A DNA stretch of 64,000 nt from an uncultured Methanosarcinaceae archaeon (GTDB taxonomy: Archaea; Halobacteriota; Methanosarcinia; Methanosarcinales; Methanosarcinaceae), in assembly GCA_963847185.1 (NCBI GenBank), contig CAWJYV010000005.1, positions 32,001 to 96,000 of the forward strand, read 5' to 3'. The notes beneath the pieces were generated by a model. It worked only from the letters and a program-made list of their open reading frames with translations. It searched no databases and had not been told where the DNA came from. Positions 11,981-21,572 of the stretch are shown piece after piece (positions within the stretch are counted from its first letter, which is position 1; each line of letters opens with the position of its first letter). Position numbers and translations under genes: made by a program.

Positions 11981-12598
11981 TTGGTGATTATTATAGAAAC
12001 CATAAGTTTGTCAGATGCTTTTAGGTATCCGTTCAAAACACCAAAAAAACTTCTATATGCACTTTTGTTACTCATTCCGATTTTGGGATGGCTTGTACTC
12101 TTTGGTTATGTTGTAAGACTGGTTAATGAGTTTATCGAGGGAAGGTATGAAGAACCCATTGATATCGATTTAGTAGAAGATCTGAAATTTGGAGCTATTA
12201 CTTTCGTGAAAGCTCTTCCTTTCATTATCGCATATATGATTGTAATTTCTGTCATAGGTTATATCAGTTCAACCCTTGGAGATCTCATTGACTTGCTTCT
12301 CAGGTTATTCGTGATACCTATTCTTTCAGTTAACTTCTTCAGAAAGCAAACAATTGAGTCTTTCTTTGAGTTTGACATCTTCAATGTTGCCAAAGAAAAC
12401 CTGGAAGATTTTATTATGGCATCGCTGAAACAGCTTGCCGTTTATATAGTCTTTGCAATCCTTTCAATCATACTGATAGGCATACCAGGATTGTTATTTA
12501 CAAGCTCAATATTCATTGCAAACTTCTATGGAAGGGTTGTTGTACAAAAGAATACCATAGATTTCAAAACCCCGATTAATGAGCCGTCATCAGTCTAA
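11981..12598 (+). CDS. DUF4013-like membrane protein
   Basis: DAFRYP...IPILG...GY pattern with several TM helices. Confidence 0.75.
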   Translation: MVIIIETISLSDAFRYPFKTPKKLLYALLLLIPILGWLVLFGYVVRLVNEFIEGRYEEPIDIDLVEDLKFGAITFVKALPFIIAYMIVISVIGYISSTLGDLIDLLLRLFVIPILSVNFFRKQTIESFFEFDIFNVAKENLEDFIMASLKQLAVYIVFAILSIILIGIPGLLFTSSIFIANFYGRVVVQKNTIDFKTPINEPSSV

Positions 12599-12803
12599 AT
12601 ACTACATTATTCAGTTTAAGGCCTGATTTTTCCTGGCCTGATCATATTTTTTTGACTTGTTCCCCGGATTCTTCTATTTGGCTCTTAAAAGAGCCGCTCG
12701 CTTAGGCGAGCGTATGCGGCTAGAAGTTAAACATCGAGTATGGGGGATAACTAGAAAAACGTAAAAAGCCCTTTCCCTATTGAATTCCACCCTCTTCAGC
12801 TTC

Positions 12804-14120
12804 TCAACTCATCTGCAGAGGATCTACTTTCATATACTCCCTCAGCACGGTAGTAGCATAACTTCCCTTGGGAAGCATGAATTCCAGCAATGCTTTTGAT
12901 TTTCCGGGGTTCAGTTCATCTTCTGCAACCTCAAACTTTGGTTCTACCTGCAGGAGAACTTCTCTGCGCATACCTTTTGAACTCATTTCAGGAATTTTTT
13001 CGATATTGAAGCCTTTCAGAGGTACACTGAGTTCCTGAAGAACTTCTTGCTCTATCTCTCCGGGAATCCCGGAAGCAAACTCCGTACTATGACCAGGGAG
13101 TGGAGCAGTTATAAAGGCACGGTTTCTTTTTATCAGACGGTTCATGGCAGCTACTGTTTCAGCTGTAACCTTTTCTGTTTTTGATGAGTCCGGCATTCCC
13201 GCTTCATTTTTGAAACAGACAATGTCGCCTTCTATAGCCTGGTTTAGGGAAATACCTTTTTCGAGCCTGTGGCAGAGAATTATATTGTACATATAGGATT
13301 GGTAGCCATGTACGAACATCTTGTACAGGTTTTTCGGGAGAACAAGGAATGAACCTGCAAAGTCATCAGGATTTGCGATGAGGTGGTTCATCATAGCCCT
13401 TTCGTGGCCCAGGCGAAGAGGATAGCTTTTCAGGCCTTCTTTGAAATCACGGGTCTCTTTGACTAACTGGCGGGCTTTTTTTGTTTCTTCCGGCTCATCA
13501 GGGAATGGTTCGGCAATATAAAGCAGGGCAGCTTTTTCAAAATCTCCTTCAACAATAGCTTTTCCTACCAGATGAGTAACCGGACGGACAGAGCCAAAAC
13601 GCTGGATTCCAAAGAAATTAGGAACCCCTCCCTGGCCCAAAATGCCATCTGTAGTCTTTTCGAGAAGTCTTTTTGTCTCTTCAGGAGAGTAAGCTATATT
13701 CCTGATAGTAATTATGAAATCATTTCCCCAGAGATCTCCAAGTTCTATTGATTTTCGGGAGCGGCCCAGAACTTTCAGCTCGATGTCTTTTAAATGAACT
13801 TTCTCAATTTTAGAGGCATCAAGATCAAAAATACTGATTTTTTGCGTGGTAATAGCGCGTTTGTCTTTTGTACCTGCAACACTGATCCGTTTCTGGCTTA
13901 TCTGCAGGATTTTTGCAAGAGTCCGGGTAAAGTGGTGTGTATCCCAGTCACGCTTTACAAGCTCGAGAATGAGATATTTGCCCTCTTCTCCTTCTTCTCT
14001 ATTTGTAATCTCTTTAACAACAAAGTCCTCCAATTCCTGGCGGAGCTGCCCTCCCAGGCCTTTGGTATCTGTGGAGTAGAGACTAATTCCAATCTTTTTT
14101 TCGATTTCGGGAACTTCCAT
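12804..14120 (-). CDS. truD: tRNA pseudouridine(13) synthase
   Basis: AGTKDKRAITTQ, PNFFGIQRFG and LPKGSYAT motifs. Confidence 0.96.
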   Translation of the reverse strand: MEVPEIEKKIGISLYSTDTKGLGGQLRQELEDFVVKEITNREEGEEGKYLILELVKRDWDTHHFTRTLAKILQISQKRISVAGTKDKRAITTQKISIFDLDASKIEKVHLKDIELKVLGRSRKSIELGDLWGNDFIITIRNIAYSPEETKRLLEKTTDGILGQGGVPNFFGIQRFGSVRPVTHLVGKAIVEGDFEKAALLYIAEPFPDEPEETKKARQLVKETRDFKEGLKSYPLRLGHERAMMNHLIANPDDFAGSFLVLPKNLYKMFVHGYQSYMYNIILCHRLEKGISLNQAIEGDIVCFKNEAGMPDSSKTEKVTAETVAAMNRLIKRNRAFITAPLPGHSTEFASGIPGEIEQEVLQELSVPLKGFNIEKIPEMSSKGMRREVLLQVEPKFEVAEDELNPGKSKALLEFMLPKGSYATTVLREYMKVDPLQMS

Positions 14121-14439
14121 GAATTGCAAACACTCCTCTATGATATATTCTTTATGGCATATTTATTACAGTTAAAAAAGTAATTCGAATAAAGGTAATA
14201 ATAACTGAAAGCTTTCAAAAATGTTTGATGCAGTTGAACTGCTATTGTCAGTAAAATTCAGATACGGACACTGGTTTACAGGAAAAGTTCATTGATATTA
14301 CTAATTTTCAGTTACTATTTTTAATTACTACTTATATTAATATTTTTAAGTATGATTTTTTTATATTATTATATTATTGTCTTTATTCTCAATTATCACT
14401 TCAATACTATTATTGTCACTGTTGTTGATTATCTTGTTA

Positions 14440-15672
14440 TTATTTCCTGGGATTGATGTCGATAACTTCTACCTTCGTTGTATTTGAGAAGGTCCAGCTC
14501 CTGTGTGTTTCGTTCTCTTCAAAATCCTGAACTTTTGCCTGAGCTGTTTGTCCTGGAAGTCCTCCTGCGTAAAGGCTGGAAGTTGGGTCAAGCATTAGCC
14601 AGGAACCGTATTCATCAGTCAGGTAATTTACGTCAACGTTTCCGTAATAAGCTCTAATCCCTTTGACTGCGGCTTCGATTTCACTCGTTTCATTGCCTAT
14701 ATAGACAGCTGCAAAAGCATGGGTATCTGTCAGGTAAACTCGAGTTGTACCTCCTACGGCTTCGAGCATGGATGAGAGGAGAATTGCCTGGTCTTCGCAG
14801 TCTCCTGCACCTACCTTCAGAGTAACATTTGCAGACTCCCATACATCATTACCTCTCGGATCGCTGACGTATTCGATATTCTCTTTTACCATATCAAAGA
14901 GGGCACAGACCTGATAAATATTATAAGCTCCGGGATATGATCTGGCCACTTCAGCTGCCTCATTCCTTACCTCAGGTTCTGCCGGCTCTACCAGTCGGTT
15001 TATGGTTTCAAAGTAATAAGCAGGATTATGTCTGTATTTCGGGGCAATTTTTTCATGCATAGGCTTCAGATTTGCCGTGAACCCGTCAAGGAAATATGGC
15101 TTGTACTTGTGCCATTTCCCTTCCGAGGTCTCGGCAAGTAGCCAGAGGACTATATTGAAGGTAGCTTTTTCTTCTTCAGGCACTTTAACCGCAATTACTC
15201 CCAGAACCTTCTCTTCGCCTGGGGCAATCAAAGATCCGCAATCTTCAGAATATATCTTTTTTTCTGAAGCATTAACCGAAACCCCGTATCTGTCAATAAA
15301 TATTGAATTTCGGCCTTCATTTTTAATGCTGACTTTAATATAGCTTATTCCTCCCTGGAAAAAATCTGAAGTTTGATAATTACTGCTCAGGGAAAATCCA
15401 GGCTGTAGGGGGGTTCTCAAAATAGGGGTAAGCTCGCTTTTCTGGAGGGAGTATCCGGGTATTGCCGGAAATGTAAATAAAGTCGGTTGAGGTATGAAAA
15501 CTTCTTCCTGGCCTTCATCCGAGTTTAACCCAAGGTAGCTTTTTAAATCGACTGTGAATATTTTCATTGAATCTAGAAATAAAGATCCGGTCATTGTTAT
15601 CAGTACAAGGCATATGCAGAAAATTGCAATCTTCGAGGCTGCTGTTTTTTCTGATACTTCAGTTTCCTTCAT
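14440..15672 (-). CDS. Membrane-anchored transglutaminase-like domain protein
   Basis: N-terminal TM helix; GDCEDQAIL, HAFAAV and W..LDPT triad motifs; start at MKETEV with AGGAGG upstream. Confidence 0.8.
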   Translation of the reverse strand: MKETEVSEKTAASKIAIFCICLVLITMTGSLFLDSMKIFTVDLKSYLGLNSDEGQEEVFIPQPTLFTFPAIPGYSLQKSELTPILRTPLQPGFSLSSNYQTSDFFQGGISYIKVSIKNEGRNSIFIDRYGVSVNASEKKIYSEDCGSLIAPGEEKVLGVIAVKVPEEEKATFNIVLWLLAETSEGKWHKYKPYFLDGFTANLKPMHEKIAPKYRHNPAYYFETINRLVEPAEPEVRNEAAEVARSYPGAYNIYQVCALFDMVKENIEYVSDPRGNDVWESANVTLKVGAGDCEDQAILLSSMLEAVGGTTRVYLTDTHAFAAVYIGNETSEIEAAVKGIRAYYGNVDVNYLTDEYGSWLMLDPTSSLYAGGLPGQTAQAKVQDFEENETHRSWTFSNTTKVEVIDINPRK

Positions 15673-15807
15673 TTGCGCCCTCCTGAATAAAATATATGCA
15701 GAATATCTTCCTGGCCGGTGGAAAACCTCTGCAGACTTCTTCTGTCTATTTCTCTTTAATGCAGCTTCTAACAATGCATTTTAAATCTCTGGATGACTTC
15801 CAGGCAC

Positions 15808-16155
15808 TTAAACAAGCTTAAGATCCCGCGTGATTTTATCTATAAGCTCCTGTTTTGCAGGTCCGATTCCAAGAACAGTTACTGTACCAGGAGGGATTTC
15901 TGTAAGTCCGGCATCCTGTATTAGAGCTGTTGGAAGTCCTTCTCTTCTTGCCTTCTCCTTAAGTTCATAAAGGTCTTTAAGAGTAGGGACTTTGAGGACA
16001 ACTTTTTTCTGCCCTCCTTCTTTCCATTTTTCAAGGTCTCCTTTACTTGCCCATTCAGCTGCAGAAATGGCAGCATGAGCTACCTGTACTGCAAACTTGC
16101 CTTTGGAAAGTTTCAGATCATCCCTGGTAACTATACACTGTTTGTATTCACTCAT
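15808..16155 (-). CDS. pth2: Peptidyl-tRNA hydrolase Pth2
   Basis: KGK.AVQVAHA and [19 protein letters not shown] motifs. Confidence 0.95.
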   Translation of the reverse strand: MSEYKQCIVTRDDLKLSKGKFAVQVAHAAISAAEWASKGDLEKWKEGGQKKVVLKVPTLKDLYELKEKARREGLPTALIQDAGLTEIPPGTVTVLGIGPAKQELIDKITRDLKLV

Positions 16156-16346
16156 TCTTTGCCTCGGGCTTATTCAAGGTCAGCTTATATCTTAAACGTT
16201 TTCAGTATGGATTTTCAGTCCTTTTCACAAATTTTTAGAATTTTTTTCCTTAGTTCTTCGCATTTTCAGTAAGATCCGAAAATTCTTTTATTCAAAATCT
16301 TTCTAAAATATAGTCTACTATTTTTCTTCATTATTTATAGTTTTTT

Positions 16347-17318
16347 TCATAAAGATTCTTGCAGGTATTGAAGGATAATTTCTGCAGTGTTTATTCCCCA
16401 TGCATCATAAATTCCTTTTCCTGAAGGCGTTCCGTTTACTTCAAGAACTATGGAATCCTGTTGTATGCTGCTACAGTCTTTATCTTTTTCTTTATTATGA
16501 TCTTTTATAAAACTTTCTATAATATCAACGCCTGCGAATGCTGTACCTATAGCAAGGGAAGTCTTTTCCGCAGTTTCTTTTTGCTCTGAGGTAAGAACAC
16601 ATCGGTCTGCGCTTCCTCCCTGACTGAGATTATTTACCCAGGAACCTGCTGCAGCTTTCCGATAAATTGCACCTACTGCAGTGCCGTCAACAACAAAAAC
16701 CCTAATATCCCTTCCCGGGTTTTCTATAAATTCCTGAATATACAGCACTCCCCTTTCTTCAAGTAACTTTTCAAGTTCTGCTTCAAGGGATAAGGACTCG
16801 ACTTTTCTGTCCGAAAATTGCATTTTCCCATCTATGATCCTTGCAATATCCTTTCCCTTATATCCGAAAACAGGTTTTATGACTGAATCCCCTAGCCTTG
16901 TTACAACTTTGAGGGCAACTTTCAGGTCCTGAACTGCTATGGTCTCGGGTACGGGAACTCCGGCTTTCCTGAGGAGGTAAGAAGCATGATATTTGTTTGC
17001 CGCGTTTCGGATAGCCTCAGGGGAGTTGATAACCGGAATCCCCTCAGCTTCAAGTTCCCTGAGAATATCAAACCTGAAAGATACTCCTTCAAACGCCCCT
17101 GCACCCACATCCCTCACAATAATGGCATCAAGGTCTGAGAGTGAAATTTCTCCTGCTTTAAAATGAACTTTTGATCCCGAATTTCTTGATTTTATGCTGA
17201 CCTCTGCAGTCCTGAGATCCAGAACAAAAGGGGAAAAACCTTTTTCCTTCGCTGCAGTGACAAGCGCCCGAGCTGTCCAGTCTTCGGGATCAGTGATTAT
17301 TATCCCTACTTTTTTCAT
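16347..17318 (-). CDS. RimK-family ATP-grasp ligase, probably tetrahydromethanopterin:alpha-L-glutamate ligase (MptN-like)
   Basis: [28 protein letters not shown] and EVNGTP motifs; start placed at MKKVGII. Confidence 0.75.
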   Translation of the reverse strand: MKKVGIIITDPEDWTARALVTAAKEKGFSPFVLDLRTAEVSIKSRNSGSKVHFKAGEISLSDLDAIIVRDVGAGAFEGVSFRFDILRELEAEGIPVINSPEAIRNAANKYHASYLLRKAGVPVPETIAVQDLKVALKVVTRLGDSVIKPVFGYKGKDIARIIDGKMQFSDRKVESLSLEAELEKLLEERGVLYIQEFIENPGRDIRVFVVDGTAVGAIYRKAAAGSWVNNLSQGGSADRCVLTSEQKETAEKTSLAIGTAFAGVDIIESFIKDHNKEKDKDCSSIQQDSIVLEVNGTPSGKGIYDAWGINTAEIILQYLQESL

Positions 17319-17515
17319 AAAGTATGATCTCATGTTTTCCAGATCAATTTTACGATAAGGGTCAATAAAACTTATTATGAAGTCAACAAAAAATGGAATC
17401 AAATTTTCTATGAGAAGCTGTAGAGAATATCCGACTTTTTCACTATGTATATGCAAACAGATAATAATTTTTCAATAATTATGTTTTGAGATTATCTTCA
17501 TTTCTCCATTTTTCT

Positions 17516-17911
17516 TCATTCAGAGGCTTGTTCTTCAAGGACTTCAAGTCCCTGCCTTTTACGATAATCATTGATCGCTCTATGGATAGCTTCTCTGGAG
17601 ACGACTGAACACTCCAGTTTTCCTGGAGGCAGGCCTTCAAGAGCCTCAGCAACGGCTTCGTTTGTAAGTTCCCATGCCTCTTTGAGGGTTTTGCCTTTTA
17701 TCATTTCTGTTGCCATGCTGCTGGATGCAATTGCAGCTGCACAACCGAAGGTCTTGAATTTTACATCCTCAACCCGGCCATCCCGGATTTTCAGGAAAAT
17801 TTTCATATGGTCACCATGAGGATTTCCGGCTTCTCCAATTCCATCTGCACTATCAATTTCCCCTACATTTCTCGGGTTCATGAAATGGTCCATGACTTTT
17901 TTATTATACGT
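17516..17911 (-). CDS. iscU: IscU/NifU-like Fe-S scaffold (atypical ligands; start uncertain)
   Basis: YNKKVMDHFMNPRNVG and FKTFGCAAAIASSS; downstream of a cysteine desulfurase. Confidence 0.85.
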   Translation of the reverse strand, partial: TYNKKVMDHFMNPRNVGEIDSADGIGEAGNPHGDHMKIFLKIRDGRVEDVKFKTFGCAAAIASSSMATEMIKGKTLKEAWELTNEAVAEALEGLPPGKLECSVVSREAIHRAINDYRKRQGLEVLEEQASE

Positions 17912-18084
17912 AAAAACTCCCCCATATTTCTGTATTTTGACCCATATTTTTATATTTTAACTTGTTATTTCTAGCTGATTTTTACCATTCCATCTCAGAT
18001 TCTTATTTTTCCAACCCAGGATGCTTATCTGTTAAATACATCTTTTACGTGCTACTCAAAATTTCTCTATTCTATTGCTTTTCT

Positions 18085-19287
18085 TTATTTTTCACATGCA
18101 GTTGCGGGTTTATAAAATGGAGACATGGCTCTCAGCTTTCCGACAGTTCCAGGCAATACTTCCAGGACATAATCGATATCCTCATCGGAATTTGCATCCC
18201 CAAGAGTCAGACGAAGGGATCCCTGAGCTATTTCAGGAAGCAGACCTATCGCTCTCAATACATGTGAAGGTTCAAGAGATCCGGAAGAGCAGGCGCTGCC
18301 TGTGGAGCAGCAGATTCCCATCTGATCGAGCATGAGAAGTAAGGATTCTCCTTCTATATACTCAAAACTGAAATTCAGATTCCCAACCAGGCGCTTTTCC
18401 GGATGTCCGTTTAACCTGCAGTGGGGAATTTCCAGAACTCCGGAAAGGAGACGGTCCCTCATTCTTCTTATTTTTTCATTGTGCACTTTGATATTTGCCG
18501 TTGCAAGTTCGATTGCCTTTCCCATCCCCACTATACCTGCAACATTCTCGGTCCCTGCTCGTTTTTTTCTCTCCTGGCCGCCTCCATGCATGTAATTGTG
18601 TATCTCTGTTCCTTGCCTGATATAGATGGCTCCAATCCCTTTTGGTCCGTAGAACTTATGAGCGGAAAGTGAAAGCATATCCACATTTCTGTGAATACTT
18701 TTCATCTCCAGGGGAACTGCACCTATTACCTGTACAGCGTCGGTATGGAATGGTACATCGTGCTTCTCTGCTATCTCCTCTATTTCCTGAATAGGTTCTA
18801 TGGTGCCGATTTCATTATTAGCATACATGACCGATATTAAAATAGTGTCCTTCCGGATTGCAGTTTCCAGCTCGGCAGGGTCTATAAGCCCATATTTATC
18901 TACGGAAAGATAGGTTACATCAAAGCCCTGTGTTTCCAGATACTCGCAGGGGTAAAGTACAGCATGGTGCTCTATTGGTGTAGTGATGATATGTTTTCCT
19001 TTCCTTCTTCTGGCAAAGGCTGTCCCTTTGACAGCCCAGTTATCGGACTCGGTTCCTCCTGAAGTAAAATATATCTCTTCAGAGTTAGCTCCAAGAGCCT
19101 TTGCTAATTGCTCACGGGCTGCTTCCACTGCCTCTTTGCTTTCTCTGCCTATTGAATATAAAGAAGATGGATTTCCGAAATGCTCTTTCACAAAGGGCAG
19201 CATAGCTTCAGCCACTTCAGGTTTTGTAAAGGTGGTTGCTGCGTGATCCATGTAAACGAAATGCTTTTCTCCCATCTGAACCCCCAT
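18085..19287 (-). CDS. iscS: Cysteine desulfurase (group I)
   Basis: YMDHAATT, HTDAVQ, SAHKFYGPKG and STGSACSS motifs. Confidence 0.95.
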   Translation of the reverse strand: MGVQMGEKHFVYMDHAATTFTKPEVAEAMLPFVKEHFGNPSSLYSIGRESKEAVEAAREQLAKALGANSEEIYFTSGGTESDNWAVKGTAFARRRKGKHIITTPIEHHAVLYPCEYLETQGFDVTYLSVDKYGLIDPAELETAIRKDTILISVMYANNEIGTIEPIQEIEEIAEKHDVPFHTDAVQVIGAVPLEMKSIHRNVDMLSLSAHKFYGPKGIGAIYIRQGTEIHNYMHGGGQERKKRAGTENVAGIVGMGKAIELATANIKVHNEKIRRMRDRLLSGVLEIPHCRLNGHPEKRLVGNLNFSFEYIEGESLLLMLDQMGICCSTGSACSSGSLEPSHVLRAIGLLPEIAQGSLRLTLGDANSDEDIDYVLEVLPGTVGKLRAMSPFYKPATACEK

Positions 19288-19459
19288 AGAAAATAGGAGT
19301 TGGCGAGATATGAATTTATTGTGATTAACTAATGTGATTAACTATTTGCCTTCTATCCTGAATGCTAAAGCCTGTAAAATAGACGATTTTTTGGTATCGG
19401 GAAAGTTATTTATGTGGTTGTTATGTAGTCCCGTTTCAATTAAATGGAGAAAAAAGACT

Positions 19460-19894
19460 TTGCTAAGGCAATTTTCGATTATTCTGGGCATATAATTTCT
19501 GGGAGAATTGATACAGAAAATATTGGGGTTGCCAATACCGGGTAATGTCATAGGAATGCTCCTGCTTTTCTTCGGATTATATACAGGAATAATTAAACTC
19601 GAGATGATAAATAGAATTAGTGACTTTTTACTTGAGAATCTGGCTTTTTTCTTTCTTCCTGCAGCAGTAAGCCTTATGACCTCTTTTGTCCTGCTTGAGG
19701 GAAAATGGACTTCAATTCTTGAAATTTCCCTTATCTCTACTGTAATAATCCTGGTTGTAACAGGGATTACAGTAGAAATTGTAAAAAAACTAATGAATAG
19801 AAATTCAGAAATAGGCTGCAGCAGGAAAGGCGAAACTCATTTGAGTGAAGCTCAAAAAGAACCCAAGAAAGAGTCAAAAAAGGTACACGTTTGA
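19460..19894 (+). pseudogene. CidA/LrgA holin-like protein with in-frame TAA at codon 12
   Basis: TTG start after GGAGA gives LLRQFSIILGI*FLGELIQKILGLPIPGNVIGM; TAA at 19493-19495. Confidence 0.75.
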
Positions 19895-19922
19895 GAAAGC
19901 GAAGGAAAAGTGGTGAACTGAA

Positions 19923-20636
19923 TTGAATATGGATTTTTTGAGTGAGTTTCTTAATACCACTTTGTTCGGGATTTTACTTTCTTTAGTAGCTTTTCAGATA
20001 GGTACCCTGGCGTATAAGAAAATCCGGTTTTCTGCCCTTAATCCTCTACTTGTAGCCTCTGTTCTTGTCATAATCTTTTTACTTATTTTCAAGATAGATT
20101 TTGAGGCCTATAATCTTGGAGGGGACTATATTTCCTTTTTTCTCGGGCCTTCAACTGTAGTCCTTGCAGTGCCCCTTTATAAAAAGATCCAGTTGCTGAA
20201 GAGTAATGTTCTTCCAATTCTTGCAGGTATAAGTGCAGGCTGTGTAGCGGGAATTTCAAGTATTTTAATCCTTTCCAGGCTTTTAGGGCTTGATGAGGTT
20301 ATATCCAAGTCTTTGGTTCCTAAATCAGTAACCACACCTATTGGAATTGAAGTTTCAAAACAAATAGGGGGCCTGCCTGCAGTAACAGTCGCTGCAATAG
20401 TAATTACAGGAATCATAGGTGCTGTCCTTGGTCCAGCCATCTGCCGCTTTTTCCGTATAAAAGACGAGGTCGCGGTAGGGATTGCAATAGGTACAGCATC
20501 CCATGCTCTAGGAACAACAAGAGCAATAGAACTTGGAGATACAGAAGGAGCAATGAGCGGGCTTGCAATCGGGGTAGCAGGCTTAATTACGGTATTTTTT
20601 GTTCCTTTACTGCTTTATCTGTTCAATTCAATCTGA
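19923..20636 (+). CDS. CidB/LrgB family membrane protein
   Basis: LGPSTVVLAVPLY, PKSVTTPIG and SHALGT motifs. Confidence 0.9.
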   Translation: MNMDFLSEFLNTTLFGILLSLVAFQIGTLAYKKIRFSALNPLLVASVLVIIFLLIFKIDFEAYNLGGDYISFFLGPSTVVLAVPLYKKIQLLKSNVLPILAGISAGCVAGISSILILSRLLGLDEVISKSLVPKSVTTPIGIEVSKQIGGLPAVTVAAIVITGIIGAVLGPAICRFFRIKDEVAVGIAIGTASHALGTTRAIELGDTEGAMSGLAIGVAGLITVFFVPLLLYLFNSI

Positions 20637-20677
20637 AAATTAAATTAGAAAAACAGAAAAATTCGAGTAGAAATCCT

Positions 20678-20789
20678 GGTAGTGGGAGTAAGTTATTGAA
20701 ATCTGCAAGCATAAGAATCTCTACATTTTCCCAATGTGCAGGAATATACTCACTTTTTCGGACTTGATCAATAACTCATACCCACGACC
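20678..20789. mobile_element. 112-bp MITE with imperfect TIRs and 8-bp target duplication
   Basis: GGTAGTGGGAGTAAGTTATTGA...TCAATAACTCATACCCACGACC flanked by GAAATCCT at 20670-20677 and 20790-20797. Confidence 0.8.
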
Positions 20790-20833
20790 GAAATCCTGAT
20801 TAACTAAATAACTCTGAATTAAGCTTCTTGAGA

Positions 20834-21247
20834 TCATCTAAAATTTGTATGCATCCTCATCTGATAATGGCCTGACTCTAGTTTTTTTCTTATGATTTCC
20901 TTTGCTATTCTCACATAGATTTTCCGAATCTGAGGTATGAGCATGGAAAAACCTATAATATCGGTCAGAATGCCAGGAGTTATGAGGGCAAAGCTTCCTA
21001 TTAATACAAAGAGTCCATGCAGGAGTTCGTTTCCTGGCACACGCCCCTGACTGGTTGCTTCCTGAATATGGCGGAGCACGAGCAGGCCCTGGTTCTTTAC
21101 CATGTAGGCTCCCAGGCTTGCAGTAATAAGGATAATGAGTACAGTGTTAAACGCTCCTATTATCCCTCCGATTTTTATGAGCAGATAAAGTTCGACAAAG
21201 GGAACAATAAGGAAAACGGAAAAGAGCTTAAGAAACATGCTGGTCAT
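20834..21247 (-). CDS. fxsA: FxsA family membrane protein
   Basis: VPFVELYLLIKIG and LITPGILTDIIG motifs. Confidence 0.88.
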   Translation of the reverse strand: MTSMFLKLFSVFLIVPFVELYLLIKIGGIIGAFNTVLIILITASLGAYMVKNQGLLVLRHIQEATSQGRVPGNELLHGLFVLIGSFALITPGILTDIIGFSMLIPQIRKIYVRIAKEIIRKKLESGHYQMRMHTNFR

Positions 21248-21572
21248 TTTCAGAACTTCAGATCTTTTGGATTATTATGAAAATAAGACATAAGTAGTTT
21301 TTACTTTCAACCAACCTACCATTTAGTTAAATCTTCTATCAGTTAACTCTTCTATGGTAGATGATGCAATATGAATATATATGACTATCATATAATAACA
21401 TTCTTCCTAAATTTGAGAGTCTTATAAGCGAATTGTAAGTTCGTTTTTTCCCCCTCACTCCCAATAAGGGCAACCATTCTCCTTTTTTCCCTCCTTTCAA
21501 AAATCCTGGAATCTCCTTTCGGAAAAGCAAGAAACCAACATTACTGGATTTTCTCCAGCGCTGTCTTCCATT

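Noticed and set aside
12690-12722. GAGCCG...CGGCT hairpin resembling group II intron domain V
   Set aside because: No GNRA loop or correct bulge geometry, no domain VI and no reverse transcriptase ORF
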